DNA of 64,000 nt from the NCBI GenBank assembly GCA_031285625.1, contig JAITVV010000006.1, positions 1 through 64,000 of the forward strand, in the 5' to 3' direction. This stretch comes from Prevotella sp. Lineage in GTDB: Bacteria > Bacteroidota > Bacteroidia > Bacteroidales > Dysgonomonadaceae. Positions 32,442 to 46,817 of the stretch are shown piece by piece. The position numbers were made by a program, and so were the translations under genes. Each line of letters opens with the position of its first letter. Position 1 is the stretch's first letter. The notes under the pieces were generated by a model, which made no database searches, was not told the DNA's origin, and saw only the letters and a program-made list of their open reading frames with translations.

Positions 32442-34154
32442 ATGAAATCTAAAATAATATATATAGGCCTATTTATGCTTTTGGCCTTAACCTACAGTTG
32501 TTCGGATTTTCTGGAAGTTGAAAACAGAAACTCTGTTACCGATGATGATATTTGGACTAAGGAGGCAACTACAGATTTGTTCCTTAACGATATGTATAAT
32601 GATTTGCTACCAGATGCTAATAAAGTAACACAACATCTCGACCAGTATTCTGACAATTCGGATGTAGGTACAAACTGGATGTCCGGTTATGCAAATATAG
32701 GAAATGCTCAAATCACCCCTGAAAATTATCCGAAAGGATTCAGTGATGTGTGGGACTGGGAAAAAGCATATAGAAAAATTCGGAAATGCAATCTTTTTAT
32801 AAAAAAAGTAACAGAATCGGAACTATCGGATACTTACAAACAACAACGGATATCAGAAGCCAGATTCTTGCGTGCTTTTATCTATCATTGGCTGTGGATG
32901 ACATATGGTGGGATGCCGCTTATTACAGTGCCTCTGAATAATGAGGATCAGACAATACCATTGGAAAATCCCAGAGCAACAGCACAAGAGACGTTTGATT
33001 TTATTGTCACAGAGTTAGGAGAAATTGCTCCATTACTGAATGACACAGAAACCGGAAGTAATGCAGGTCGGGCTACAAAAGGAGCCGCCCTGACACTAAA
33101 AGGTTGGTGCGAATTATATCATGCCAGTATTCAACGTAATCCTACAAATGATATCGAAAGATGGAAAAAAGCTTCTGCTACTAACAAATCGGTAATGCAA
33201 TTGGGTGTCTATACTCTGACTTCAGATTTCAATGAACTGTTTATGGAGAATAATAACAGCGAATCAATTTTTGCACGTCAATATGGACCGGATAAAGGGA
33301 ATAATAAAGAGATGCATTTTGGGCCTCCAGCTATTGGACCTGCCAGATCAGGATGGGGTAACTTCCAACCAACACAACAATTGGTAGATGATTTTTGTAT
33401 GGCAAATGGATTACCAATAACCGATCCGGCTTCAGGATATGATCCAAATAATCCATATGTAGGTCGTGAGAAAAGATTTTATGAAACCATTATATATAAT
33501 GGCTCCAAATGGAGAAATGAATTTGAGATCACAACAAAGGTTGGCGGTGACAACTCAATAGACTTAGGCTATTCAAACGACAATACTCATACTGGTTATT
33601 ATGCCCGTAAAAGGTTGAATGAAAACAAAGACCTTTCCTTATTCGGTAATGAAACTTCGTACGAAAATTATATGTTTTTTCGCTATGGAGAAGTATTACT
33701 CAATTTTGCAGAGGCCGAGAATGAAGTAAACGGACCGACAAAAGAAGTCCTGGACGCTGTAAATATGGTTCGTACCAGGAATGGTAATATGCCGAAAGTA
33801 GAGGATACTTTTGCTTCTTTAAATAAAGATAAAATGAGAGAGATTATCCGTCGAGAAAGGCGTGTGGAATTATGCTTCGAAGATAAACGCTGGTGGGATA
33901 TCCGTCGCTGGCAGATAGCCGATAAGTTACCTGACGGTAGTCCTGGTGTGATGAGCGTACCACTGAAGGGTATGTTGATCGAAGATAAAAACGGAGTGCT
34001 TACTTATACTATCGTAAATGTAAGAAACCGTACATTTTTACCAAAAATGTATTTGATGCCGGTTCCTCAGGCTGCTATCGACCGTAATTCAATAATTGCG
34101 GCGCAAAACGGAGGTCCTGATAACTGGAAAAACGGACAAAATCCGGGTTATTGA
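32442..34154 (+). CDS. SusD/RagB lipoprotein (PUL1)
   Basis: Lipobox YSC, EARFLRA, GRATKGAA, FRYGEVLLNFAEA, ERRVELCFE, QNPGY. Confidence 0.95.
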   Translation: MKSKIIYIGLFMLLALTYSCSDFLEVENRNSVTDDDIWTKEATTDLFLNDMYNDLLPDANKVTQHLDQYSDNSDVGTNWMSGYANIGNAQITPENYPKGFSDVWDWEKAYRKIRKCNLFIKKVTESELSDTYKQQRISEARFLRAFIYHWLWMTYGGMPLITVPLNNEDQTIPLENPRATAQETFDFIVTELGEIAPLLNDTETGSNAGRATKGAALTLKGWCELYHASIQRNPTNDIERWKKASATNKSVMQLGVYTLTSDFNELFMENNNSESIFARQYGPDKGNNKEMHFGPPAIGPARSGWGNFQPTQQLVDDFCMANGLPITDPASGYDPNNPYVGREKRFYETIIYNGSKWRNEFEITTKVGGDNSIDLGYSNDNTHTGYYARKRLNENKDLSLFGNETSYENYMFFRYGEVLLNFAEAENEVNGPTKEVLDAVNMVRTRNGNMPKVEDTFASLNKDKMREIIRRERRVELCFEDKRWWDIRRWQIADKLPDGSPGVMSVPLKGMLIEDKNGVLTYTIVNVRNRTFLPKMYLMPVPQAAIDRNSIIAAQNGGPDNWKNGQNPGY

Positions 34155-34170
34155 TAATAGAAATAAAAAG

Positions 34171-34203
34171 AAGGGCTAAGCCTGACATGGTTAAGCCCTT
34201 TTA
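34171..34203 (+). terminator. Post-susD hairpin/terminator
   Basis: AAGGGCT/AGCCCTT followed by a T-run. Confidence 0.65.
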
Positions 34204-34234
34204 TTAAAAAAATAACTACTAATAATTCACTTAA

Positions 34235-37837
<3,603 letters not shown>

Positions 37838-37844
37838 TTATAAT

Positions 37845-37872
37845 AAAAAATCCCTGATTATCAGGGATTTTT
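37845..37872. terminator. Bidirectional terminator between PUL1 and PUL2
   Basis: AAAAAATCCCTGA/TCAGGGATTTTT. Confidence 0.88.
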
Positions 37873-37874
37873 AT

Positions 37875-39680
37875 TTATTCAAATTCTCTGTATGCACCGA
37901 ATGTGGCCAGATTATCTTCGCCTAACTGAACAGGAACTGGATAATATGGTTCGTTTAAACGGTCACATATTTGTTTCCACAATGCTGTGCGGTTGTATGT
38001 TTGGTGTACAAGCTGAAAATGTGTTCCAAGCAGTAGCTTTTTTGCTGCCATTATATCCCCTTTATCAATAAGGAGTTGTACTCTTCTTTCTATCAACCAT
38101 TCATCATCAAGGGCATCGACCATCGACAACCATTTTTCTCGCTCGGCAATCGATTTGTCTTTTGTATTCCTTAATAATTTATCCCTTTCTATTATGACTT
38201 GAGGATGTAGTTGCAACCATTTTTCTTTTACTCCCAATATCATTTTCAGAGCCTGATCATTATATCCTTTAGTATTAAGTAATCTGGCGCAGACTACTTT
38301 GGCAATACCTATATTTGATCGTTCTAATACTTTTATTGCATCGCCGGGTCTATCTCTTCCTGCCAACCATGTTCCATAATAGAATTTCCATAGTTCCGAT
38401 TCTTTACCCGATGTTGAATTAATAACCCATTTGAATGCTTCATCCATATCTTCTATACCTGATGAAGCCCATAGGTTTTCGGCAATAGAAGGAGGGGTAT
38501 GGGGGGCGCTTTTCATTTGGAAAGCATTTTTGAGCTGCTCCCAAATCGAAATCTCAGATTCCCTGCTCCAGTTGAAGAGAGGGATCTCGTTTACAGAACG
38601 CAATTTTATATTGGGTACTTTTAATGAATAAAGATTCAATCTTTGATCAGTAGGTATCCAATATTCTGTATGCCAACGGGTTTCATCGGGTTTCATTTCA
38701 AGCTTGATAGACTGGTCTCCAATGGGGCCACCTTGTATTTCTGCATATGTTTGTTTCTTTGCAGTGCTTAATACAGACCAAATCGTATCTTTATCAACAC
38801 CATAGCTCCATAACTTTATACCACCAGCTATCTTTTCATCTGCAATATGATATAAGCCTGTACCAGTTGAAGGAGTGTATGAACCAAATGCATTTACATC
38901 TTTCGTTTTCCAGAAATAGCCTGTCATTTCTTTTATATCAGCTTCGTATTTAGGTCCACTTTTCTCCCAGTCTATGGTATCCATAATGGAAGAATGTACA
39001 AGTACTTCACCCTTTGGAAAATCATATTGTGTGTCTGGTGCTGATGGTATTGCTGCATTTGACCATGACATCCACGGATATGTTCCCTTACCGGGATTAT
39101 GAAAAATAACGCGCTGAGTGAGGGCTATATCATTCTTTCCTAAAGAATACTCAACAGACCATTGCATACCAAAACGTAGTTCGCGTTCACCACATGTCAC
39201 GTATATCCTCTCATCTGTCTTATCTATTTTATAAAGTATCGATTCGTTTTGCGTAGGCGTGTGTGAGATTGGAAAACTGACCTCTATACCTCCTGCCACA
39301 AAATAGAATCGGGGAAGGATGCGTGTATATCGGATTACATCCGGAACATACAAAACCTCTCTGCCTGAACCTTTGTGAATCATTGAATATACCTTTCCTC
39401 CCAGATCGGGACATATTATCACTTTCATATATTCATTTTCAAGTGAGATAAACCGGTATTTTTTCAATACCGGCCTATTCGAAGTCTCACTAAAACTTAA
39501 ATATGGATAAACGCCATTTGAATCATAAACAGTAGGTATCGGCCCTGCAGGAGTAAGTACATGTGTGAGTACATATTCGCAATATTCTTCACACAGCACT
39601 TCTTCAGATTTGTTTGTTACTGCTGTTGCATATATACTACAAACGAATGCAGCCCAAAGCAGGAAAATACTATTTTTCAT
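37875..39680 (-). CDS. DUF5107-domain protein with C-terminal helical/TPR-like region; secreted
   Basis: LENEYMKVIICPDLGGKVYS...GGIEVSFP..HTPT...WSNAA...EIQGG. Confidence 0.75.
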   Translation of the reverse strand: MKNSIFLLWAAFVCSIYATAVTNKSEEVLCEEYCEYVLTHVLTPAGPIPTVYDSNGVYPYLSFSETSNRPVLKKYRFISLENEYMKVIICPDLGGKVYSMIHKGSGREVLYVPDVIRYTRILPRFYFVAGGIEVSFPISHTPTQNESILYKIDKTDERIYVTCGERELRFGMQWSVEYSLGKNDIALTQRVIFHNPGKGTYPWMSWSNAAIPSAPDTQYDFPKGEVLVHSSIMDTIDWEKSGPKYEADIKEMTGYFWKTKDVNAFGSYTPSTGTGLYHIADEKIAGGIKLWSYGVDKDTIWSVLSTAKKQTYAEIQGGPIGDQSIKLEMKPDETRWHTEYWIPTDQRLNLYSLKVPNIKLRSVNEIPLFNWSRESEISIWEQLKNAFQMKSAPHTPPSIAENLWASSGIEDMDEAFKWVINSTSGKESELWKFYYGTWLAGRDRPGDAIKVLERSNIGIAKVVCARLLNTKGYNDQALKMILGVKEKWLQLHPQVIIERDKLLRNTKDKSIAEREKWLSMVDALDDEWLIERRVQLLIDKGDIMAAKKLLLGTHFQLVHQTYNRTALWKQICDRLNEPYYPVPVQLGEDNLATFGAYREFE

Positions 39681-39713
39681 GGGTTATAGTCTATTTAAGT
39701 AAAAAATTAGAGC

Positions 39714-41528
39714 TTATTTCAATTCTTCACTAATTGCGTCTATTAATGTCTTTCCTTTACTTACATCATTCGCAATTTTTACTTCATCAAATGCTTTTTC
39801 TTTTGTGAATATTACTAATTGATCATCAAGTTGTTTTACTAATTGATTGACTCTCGAATTAGTAGGATATTTCAAAGCTTTCTCTTTTATTATTCTTATC
39901 TTTTCATAATCAACAATACCTTCACGTAGCTTTTCAAAGCGGATACAACTACGTCCTCCCGGATAGATCAGGAAACAGTCTCCGGCAGCCCATGAGCCAT
40001 GGCGGGCATCCCTGTTGGGATCTTCTGGCCATGCATCGTATGCCCAACGGAGAAAACCATCATATCCTCGTGCCGCAGAATACCAGCTTATCCAACGTCC
40101 TTCTATCGGAGGCGAGAACAGGAAATTGTTCGGTACAGGAGGGTTGCAACACACATAGTATGTAGATAGTGCACCTCTTGTTTTTCTTGCTTTTAATTCT
40201 GCATCTGTAGGTTCATTCGGATGCAGATAACTATAGTCGTCTAACAGAGAGTCCAGTTCTTTGTGCCAGTCTCCGGCGTAAGTTATTTTCCAATCTTTCG
40301 AATGATCCTTTGTTGCCTTAATGGCAGCTAATGTTTGTGGCATAGGGTTCTCATTTATCCCAATATATGTTATATCAAACCAGCCTTTTTGTTGTAAATG
40401 TTTTTTCAGGTCTGTAAGGAATAAATGCCAGTGTTTTACAAAATCATCCGTTCCAGGTTCCCAAGACTGATATACATAGTTACCAGTTGCTTCGTCCATA
40501 TACCGGAATCTGTTGCCCCATGGTATGGCTGTATATACAGTAATAGCTCTGTTAATTCCGCACTCCATAGCAAGTTGAACATACTCATCGAATATCTTGA
40601 AATCAAACTTCCATGCACCATTCTTTTGTTTTATCCACTCTATCATTCCTCCTTCTATCATATATGAATTGTCAGACCATGGTGAATGAACTGCATATGT
40701 AGTGATATAAGTACCTTCCGCTTCGGCATATGGTTTCAGATGCTGTTTTAACAGAACTTTATGTTCTTCAGACCATGGCTCCAGATGATTATACCACGCT
40801 ACTGCCCAAGGGTTTTGCCAGAGATCGAGACGATGCTTCCAATCTTTTGGCTCAGGTAAGATCTGATTTTGTACATTTATGCTGATACTAAGATCTTTAC
40901 TATATGCGGAGGTCTGTATTGTCAGATTCCCGCTATATACACCTGCTTCTGTATCAGCCGGAATATCTACAGATACCCATATCGGTCTGGTACTTCTGGC
41001 CGGCAGATCGAACCGCTCGAAAGGCTCGAACCTGTCGGGCATCATAAATCCGTTACCATAAGGAGTATTTCCACAGATAGCATTTTTTGTTGCATATGGA
41101 TAATTTGCAATAACATAGCGCACCATATTGACATCGAAATTATTGGATGGAATCGCTTTGTTTCCATCTTTTTTTAAGTCAGTCAATTTTACCCGCACTT
41201 GTTCCAAAGCATCGGACGACCATACTAATACCTGCATATTCACACGCTCTCCGCGCCATGCTGTGTAGTTATAGTGTGTAGAACTTTTTTCCACATCGGG
41301 CTTTTCACGTCTGAAATATAATTTGTCTGTCGTGCCGAATGCAGCATTCAATCCAGCCTGCCCCACCCATAGTAACGGATTTATAACTTCCTCCAAATCA
41401 TACTCATGCTGATAATGATGATCAGGAATAGGCAATAGTTTAGAATTAATCTCACCTCGTTTATCGTAAGTCTGTGCCAGAATATTTCCGGCACAGATGA
41501 ATAAAATACATATTAATAATTTTCTCAT
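39714..41528 (-). CDS. GH123-like (DUF4091) glycoside hydrolase
   Basis: AWRGERV, RLDLWQNPWAVA, SMIEW-like GMIEW, YYVCC, DGFLRWAYDAW, AGDCFLIYP, RFEKLREGIVDYEKI; catalytic pair reads NE. Confidence 0.82.
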   Translation of the reverse strand: MRKLLICILFICAGNILAQTYDKRGEINSKLLPIPDHHYQHEYDLEEVINPLLWVGQAGLNAAFGTTDKLYFRREKPDVEKSSTHYNYTAWRGERVNMQVLVWSSDALEQVRVKLTDLKKDGNKAIPSNNFDVNMVRYVIANYPYATKNAICGNTPYGNGFMMPDRFEPFERFDLPARSTRPIWVSVDIPADTEAGVYSGNLTIQTSAYSKDLSISINVQNQILPEPKDWKHRLDLWQNPWAVAWYNHLEPWSEEHKVLLKQHLKPYAEAEGTYITTYAVHSPWSDNSYMIEGGMIEWIKQKNGAWKFDFKIFDEYVQLAMECGINRAITVYTAIPWGNRFRYMDEATGNYVYQSWEPGTDDFVKHWHLFLTDLKKHLQQKGWFDITYIGINENPMPQTLAAIKATKDHSKDWKITYAGDWHKELDSLLDDYSYLHPNEPTDAELKARKTRGALSTYYVCCNPPVPNNFLFSPPIEGRWISWYSAARGYDGFLRWAYDAWPEDPNRDARHGSWAAGDCFLIYPGGRSCIRFEKLREGIVDYEKIRIIKEKALKYPTNSRVNQLVKQLDDQLVIFTKEKAFDEVKIANDVSKGKTLIDAISEELK

Positions 41529-41552
41529 GTCTAAATCTTTATTTTTTATACA

Positions 41553-43211
41553 TTATTCCCAACCGTCGTTCTGTATTAGTGAACCTTTCGATAATTGAAC
41601 CTGTTGAGAAGGAATAGGATCGAGATAATGTTTAGGACTGACAAATCTTCGTGCAGTAGATTGGTCAGCAACAATAAATCCCTCAGCATCTACCTGTATA
41701 TCTGTTCCCGGTCTTAAGTCTGGATTTCTGGTTTGGAATTCCGTACCCACAAATTTTATACCTTTTAGTGATTGAGGCAGGACAGTTTCTGCTGTTTTCC
41801 ATCGTCTCAAATCTTCACGTCTGAATCCTTCGAATGCAAGTTCAACAGTACGTTCTCTGCGTATTTCTTCCTGCATATTCAATCCGTTGGTTGTAGCGAA
41901 GCTATTGGTCAGATCAGGCATATTAACCCGTTTTCGCAATTCGTTGATCGTACGTCCCAGATCCGTATCGGATACTCCTCCGTTTTTTTCATATAATGCC
42001 TCTGCCAGAATCAGCAGAACCTCACCATAACGAAATTCCTTAAAGTCATACTCGCCATTGAATTGTCCGGAATTGATATCTTCACCTAAAAATTTTCGTA
42101 ACATATAACCGGTCAACGTCGCATTAGATCCCATAAATCCCGGATATGTAATCTGAGGAGTACCACCTTCGAAAATTATTGAACTTCCCGGGATAATAAA
42201 TGTCATACCCATGCGGGGATCTCTGTTCTCGAATTCACTTGCCATCTCATTGTATCCTTTAAATCTGGATGATTTGGTAATAGGAAGCCCATCGGTTGCC
42301 AAGTACATGTCTGCCAGGTTTTTTGTAGGTACCATAGCATTAAACCATAATTCCCGGGTCCAGTTGTGAGTAATCCACTGTGAATAATAGTATCTTCTAG
42401 CTAGTATAACTTCGTTAGAATCATCACCTTCGAGTATAAACAGATATTTGTAACTTTCATCACCTTTACCTTTAAACAAGCCGTATTCACCAGAAGTGAC
42501 AACTTTATCAGCTGCGTCGATAGCTTTATCCAAATACGAATCGGAATTGGCTTCTCCGCGTGACTTTGCCCATGTTCCCTGATAAAGGGCTGCACGTGCT
42601 TTTAATGCCAATGCAGCACCTCTTGTTGTACGGCCTAGTTCGTCAGCAGTTAGTTCACTTTGTAACGGAAGTTTATCTATAGCGTTATCAAGATCGGCTA
42701 TAATAAAATCTATAATTTCCGATTGAGATGACTTGGGTGTATATAATTCAGGCGAACTTACATCCAATACCACTGTTATTTTAGGTACACCTCCATATTT
42801 TTTGACAAGATTCCAATAATTATATGCCCTAAAAAATAATGCTTCGCCTACCCAACGATCTATCTCTTCTCCCAGTCCGGATTCTTCAGCTTTCAACAAC
42901 AGATAGTTTGCTGTCCTGATAAATTCATAAGACTTATCCCATATATTATCATTAGCAGGTACCAGATATGAACCGTTGCTGACCTCGTTGGGGCTGCCAC
43001 CAAATGCAATATCTGAGTTTCTATCTATATACTGGGATACTTCCATCAAGCTGAAATAAAAGTCATTTGCAGCTAATTTAAAATCATCCGAAGACTTCCA
43101 GTATTCAGGATCCGATACCTGATCTTTTGGATTGAGATCCAAATCTTTTTCACAAGCAGAAAAGGTAATGACTACCAGTATCAATATGATTATATTTATA
43201 TATTTTTTCAT
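41553..43211 (-). CDS. SusD/RagB lipoprotein (PUL2)
   Basis: Lipobox SAC, GEALFFRA, FRYGEVLLILAEA, ERTVELAFEG, QNDGW. Confidence 0.95.
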   Translation of the reverse strand: MKKYINIIILILVVITFSACEKDLDLNPKDQVSDPEYWKSSDDFKLAANDFYFSLMEVSQYIDRNSDIAFGGSPNEVSNGSYLVPANDNIWDKSYEFIRTANYLLLKAEESGLGEEIDRWVGEALFFRAYNYWNLVKKYGGVPKITVVLDVSSPELYTPKSSQSEIIDFIIADLDNAIDKLPLQSELTADELGRTTRGAALALKARAALYQGTWAKSRGEANSDSYLDKAIDAADKVVTSGEYGLFKGKGDESYKYLFILEGDDSNEVILARRYYYSQWITHNWTRELWFNAMVPTKNLADMYLATDGLPITKSSRFKGYNEMASEFENRDPRMGMTFIIPGSSIIFEGGTPQITYPGFMGSNATLTGYMLRKFLGEDINSGQFNGEYDFKEFRYGEVLLILAEALYEKNGGVSDTDLGRTINELRKRVNMPDLTNSFATTNGLNMQEEIRRERTVELAFEGFRREDLRRWKTAETVLPQSLKGIKFVGTEFQTRNPDLRPGTDIQVDAEGFIVADQSTARRFVSPKHYLDPIPSQQVQLSKGSLIQNDGWE

Positions 43212-43222
43212 AGCATTAATCT

Positions 43223-46200
43223 TTAAAAGGTTATATCGATACCGAATGAATAATAACGCTGGAATGGGTAATTACCGCCCCAATCGGCAGATTCAGGGTC
43301 CCAACCTCCTTTAACATTGTGATGTTCCCAAAGATCCTGACCACTAAAGTACACTCTGGCTTTAGAAATGGCTATTTTCTTGGTCAGTTCGGAAGGAATT
43401 GTATATCCTATCTGAAGGTTCTTCAACCTGATATAAGAGGCATCAACTTTTTGTAAGGTAGACTGCTGATAGTTCCAGTAACGGATATCTCCATGTGACA
43501 ATCGTGGATAATATGCATCCGGACGATCTTCATTCCATGTTTGCTGATAATAGAATTGTGGTGGTTGTCTCCACCAATCACTCCAAGGCATTGAATATTC
43601 CCCGGTTCTGAATAGTGTTCTTTTACCCACTCCCTGGAAGAATGCTGAAAAATCAAATCCTTTTAAGCTGGCTCCTATTGTTATACCATAATTATAACGT
43701 GGGGTCATATTTCCTACATATTTTACATCACCATCATCATTTGTTCCATAGGTAGATATTTTGCCATCACCATTCAGGTCTTTAAATCGTGCATCACCTA
43801 TACCAATATTACTTGGTACTCCTTCCAGTTTCTTATATTCGTCCAGTTCGGCCTGATTACGAATTAGTCCGTCAAACTCATAAGCAAAATAACTATTAAC
43901 AGGATATCCTTCACGGATTCTATTATGTCCTAATACATAGGTATCGAGTCCTCCATAATTTGTTACTTTATTATGAGCATCGCTTACTACAACTTTAGCA
44001 AAATATTCTACAGGTCCGGCTTTGTCTCTCCATCCTATACTAGCCTCAAAACCCCATGTTTTTAATTCTCCGGAATTAGAAGAAGGGGCTGTTGCACCCA
44101 TCAGGCTTGGATAGGTAACAGGTATCAGCATATCTTTATTCCGTTTCCAGAAATAATCGAATGATATATCCAGCCGGTTTCTGAGAATTGTAGCATCCAG
44201 ACCGATATTCTGATTGATAATAGTTTCCCAGCTCCGTTCGCGGGCGACCATTCCATCAAGTCGGAGAGACTGTGTACGTGTTCCAGCCCCGAAAGGATAA
44301 ATTAAGATATCTCCCCATCCTCCTTTTCTTGGTGTAAGTTTTTGTATGAAATCGTATAATCCGATTCCTTCCTGGTTTCCTGTTTCTCCGTATGATGCAC
44401 GTAATTTGAGTTCGTTTACAAATTCAACTGATTTCATAAATCCTTCTTTCGATATGCGCCATCCAGCTGAAACTCCGGGGAAGAATCCCCAGCGTTTATC
44501 CGCTCCCGAGAACCGGGAACTTCCGTCATACCTGAGATTAGTCTCAAATAAATATTTTTCATCATATACATAGCCAAACCTGCCAAAGAAAGAGTTTATA
44601 CTCCAGTGACTGCCGCCGCCGGAATTTCTCATGTTATTAGTATTACCTAATTCCATATCCCAGATATCGTTCTTGAAACCATCACGCCATGCACTGAAAG
44701 TATCATAGTTGTTTTCTTCATGTGCAGCACCTCCCATTACATCGATAGTATGTTTACTTCCGAAGTTTTTATTGTATTGGAAATAGGCAGTATAGTTGCG
44801 ATATTGTGTTTCGGCATTTGTCTGTGTCAGATTAGCTTCGTCGGGATTTACATCATAGTATGCAATCTGATCATCCCATGTGTATAAAGGAACCGATTTG
44901 GCGGGATCTTTTGAATTCATGGATGTTTGTATAATACCTGCCTGCAATATCAATTTGAATCCGTCGAAGACATCTGTAATCAATCTGAAATTGGTATTCA
45001 ACTGATTGGTTTTATACTTTGATACAGCTTTTTCTTTAGCTAATGCCACAGAATTACTCCATCCTCCTTGTGTAAAATAATTTCCTGAAGGAGTGTAAAC
45101 CGGATGGTTCGACATATCGAATATACCTTCTCCGATAACCCAGTCGCCAACTCCACCTATACTGCTGCGAATCTGGCTTTCGAAAGATACTTTGGCTTCC
45201 AGTTTAACTCTGTTGAAGAAGAAATAGTCATAGTTCAATCTGAGATTATACCTTTTGTTATTATCATCTGCATATCTGACAACACCCCTCTGGTCTATAT
45301 ATCCGGCTGACAAGTAGTAATTCGAGTTTTCTCCTCCGCCTGATACACTCAAATTGTGTTTCTGTTGAAATCCGTTACCCAGTAGTTCTTTCATCCAGTC
45401 AGTATTGGTAAAGAATAACATCCATCCTCCGTATAGAGGGTGTGGTATCGGGTTAGGATCATTTTTTAATATCCTGTTCAGGTAATCTTCAGTGTACATT
45501 GGCGTAACCCCGTTATGAATATTAGCCTCATTATCCATGATTGCCATTTCGTAAGTAGTAGGGCTTTTCATCATACCTGCACTCTTGGTGACAGCGAAAT
45601 TTCCATTATAATTAATTCTGGGCTTGCCGCGTTTACCGCTTTTGGTAGTCACCAGAAACACACCGCCTGACGCCCTTGCCCCATAGATAGAAGCCTGAGC
45701 ATCTTTCAATATGCTTATCGATTCTATATCATCCGGTCCTAACAGGTTAATATCTCCTGCTATTCCGTCAATAATAACGAGTGGCCCGATTTTACCATCA
45801 TCATCATTCGTTGAAGAAAGACCACGTACCTTCATGGTGAAAGATTCATTACCTGGTTCTCCGCCATATCTTGTAATAAGCATACCCGGTATTTCGCCCT
45901 GTAAGGCAGAGAGCGGATTGTTTACTGGTTTAGCTTGCATGACTTCACCGGACACTGTTGCCACCGCACCTGTCAGATTGGCTCTTTTCTGGGTACTATA
46001 ACCTACTACTACCACTTCATCTAATAGTTTGAGATCTTCTTGCAATACTATTTGTAAAGCATCTTTAGTACCTACGGTTTGCTCTTGGCTGATATACCCT
46101 ATGTAGGAGAATTCAAGGATATCCTTACTATTATTGATACTGATTTCGAAATGCCCGTTTATATCGGTTATCGTACCAATCTGTGTACCTTTAATTTTTA

Positions 46201-46669
46201 CAGTTACTCCGATCAGAGGCTCTTCCTTTTCGTCGATAACGGTACCTGTTATTTTTCTTGATTGATTAATAATTTGGGTATCGGTTACTTCTTTATTGCC
46301 TTCTTTATATAATACAATATGTTTTCCATCAATAGTATATCCGATGCTATTCTCATCGAATATTGTATTCAGTATGTAAGGAACATTCTCGTCTTTTGCA
46401 TCAAGAGAAATCTTCTTTATAACATTTATCTCCTGTGGATTGTATGTGAAATAAAAGTCAGTTTTCTGCTCAATGATCGAGATCACTTCTCTTATAGTTT
46501 TATCCTTTACATTCAGTGATATTTTTGTTTTCTGAGAATATGAAACCGAAGTGAAAGAGAAAAAACTTAAGAATAATAGAAATAGTATAAGACTTTTCAT
46601 TACCGCAAAAATTTTATCTAGCCTCCAAGTTTTAAAACCCGGAGGAATGTTTTTCATAATATAATTCAT
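43223..46669 (-). CDS. SusC-like TonB-dependent transporter with STN extension (PUL2)
   Basis: EVVVVGY, ISILKDA.ASIYGARA.GGV.LVTTK, RYDGSSRF, C-terminal GIDITF. Confidence 0.95.
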   Translation of the reverse strand: MNYIMKNIPPGFKTWRLDKIFAVMKSLILFLLFLSFFSFTSVSYSQKTKISLNVKDKTIREVISIIEQKTDFYFTYNPQEINVIKKISLDAKDENVPYILNTIFDENSIGYTIDGKHIVLYKEGNKEVTDTQIINQSRKITGTVIDEKEEPLIGVTVKIKGTQIGTITDINGHFEISINNSKDILEFSYIGYISQEQTVGTKDALQIVLQEDLKLLDEVVVVGYSTQKRANLTGAVATVSGEVMQAKPVNNPLSALQGEIPGMLITRYGGEPGNESFTMKVRGLSSTNDDDGKIGPLVIIDGIAGDINLLGPDDIESISILKDAQASIYGARASGGVFLVTTKSGKRGKPRINYNGNFAVTKSAGMMKSPTTYEMAIMDNEANIHNGVTPMYTEDYLNRILKNDPNPIPHPLYGGWMLFFTNTDWMKELLGNGFQQKHNLSVSGGGENSNYYLSAGYIDQRGVVRYADDNNKRYNLRLNYDYFFFNRVKLEAKVSFESQIRSSIGGVGDWVIGEGIFDMSNHPVYTPSGNYFTQGGWSNSVALAKEKAVSKYKTNQLNTNFRLITDVFDGFKLILQAGIIQTSMNSKDPAKSVPLYTWDDQIAYYDVNPDEANLTQTNAETQYRNYTAYFQYNKNFGSKHTIDVMGGAAHEENNYDTFSAWRDGFKNDIWDMELGNTNNMRNSGGGSHWSINSFFGRFGYVYDEKYLFETNLRYDGSSRFSGADKRWGFFPGVSAGWRISKEGFMKSVEFVNELKLRASYGETGNQEGIGLYDFIQKLTPRKGGWGDILIYPFGAGTRTQSLRLDGMVARERSWETIINQNIGLDATILRNRLDISFDYFWKRNKDMLIPVTYPSLMGATAPSSNSGELKTWGFEASIGWRDKAGPVEYFAKVVVSDAHNKVTNYGGLDTYVLGHNRIREGYPVNSYFAYEFDGLIRNQAELDEYKKLEGVPSNIGIGDARFKDLNGDGKISTYGTNDDGDVKYVGNMTPRYNYGITIGASLKGFDFSAFFQGVGKRTLFRTGEYSMPWSDWWRQPPQFYYQQTWNEDRPDAYYPRLSHGDIRYWNYQQSTLQKVDASYIRLKNLQIGYTIPSELTKKIAISKARVYFSGQDLWEHHNVKGGWDPESADWGGNYPFQRYYSFGIDITF

Positions 46670-46681
46670 ACATTTGTGATG

Positions 46682-46763
46682 TTTAGTTAATAATAAACTT
46701 AGACTGTCTCTAAAAGATTATTGCTAAATCTACCGGGAGAAGTTGCCTCTTCTTCCGGTTTTT
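46682..46763 (+). ncRNA. Putative DonS-like antisense sRNA (PUL2)
   Basis: TACATTTG -7 box at 46669-46676 overlapping the susC start; terminator ACCGGGAGAAG-TTGCCT-CTTCTTCCGGT-TTTT (46732-46763). Confidence 0.55.
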
Positions 46764-46817
46764 ATTTTTCTGATTTTATTTCATAGGCTCTGGGAATTAA
46801 TAAGGTTAATCAATTGG

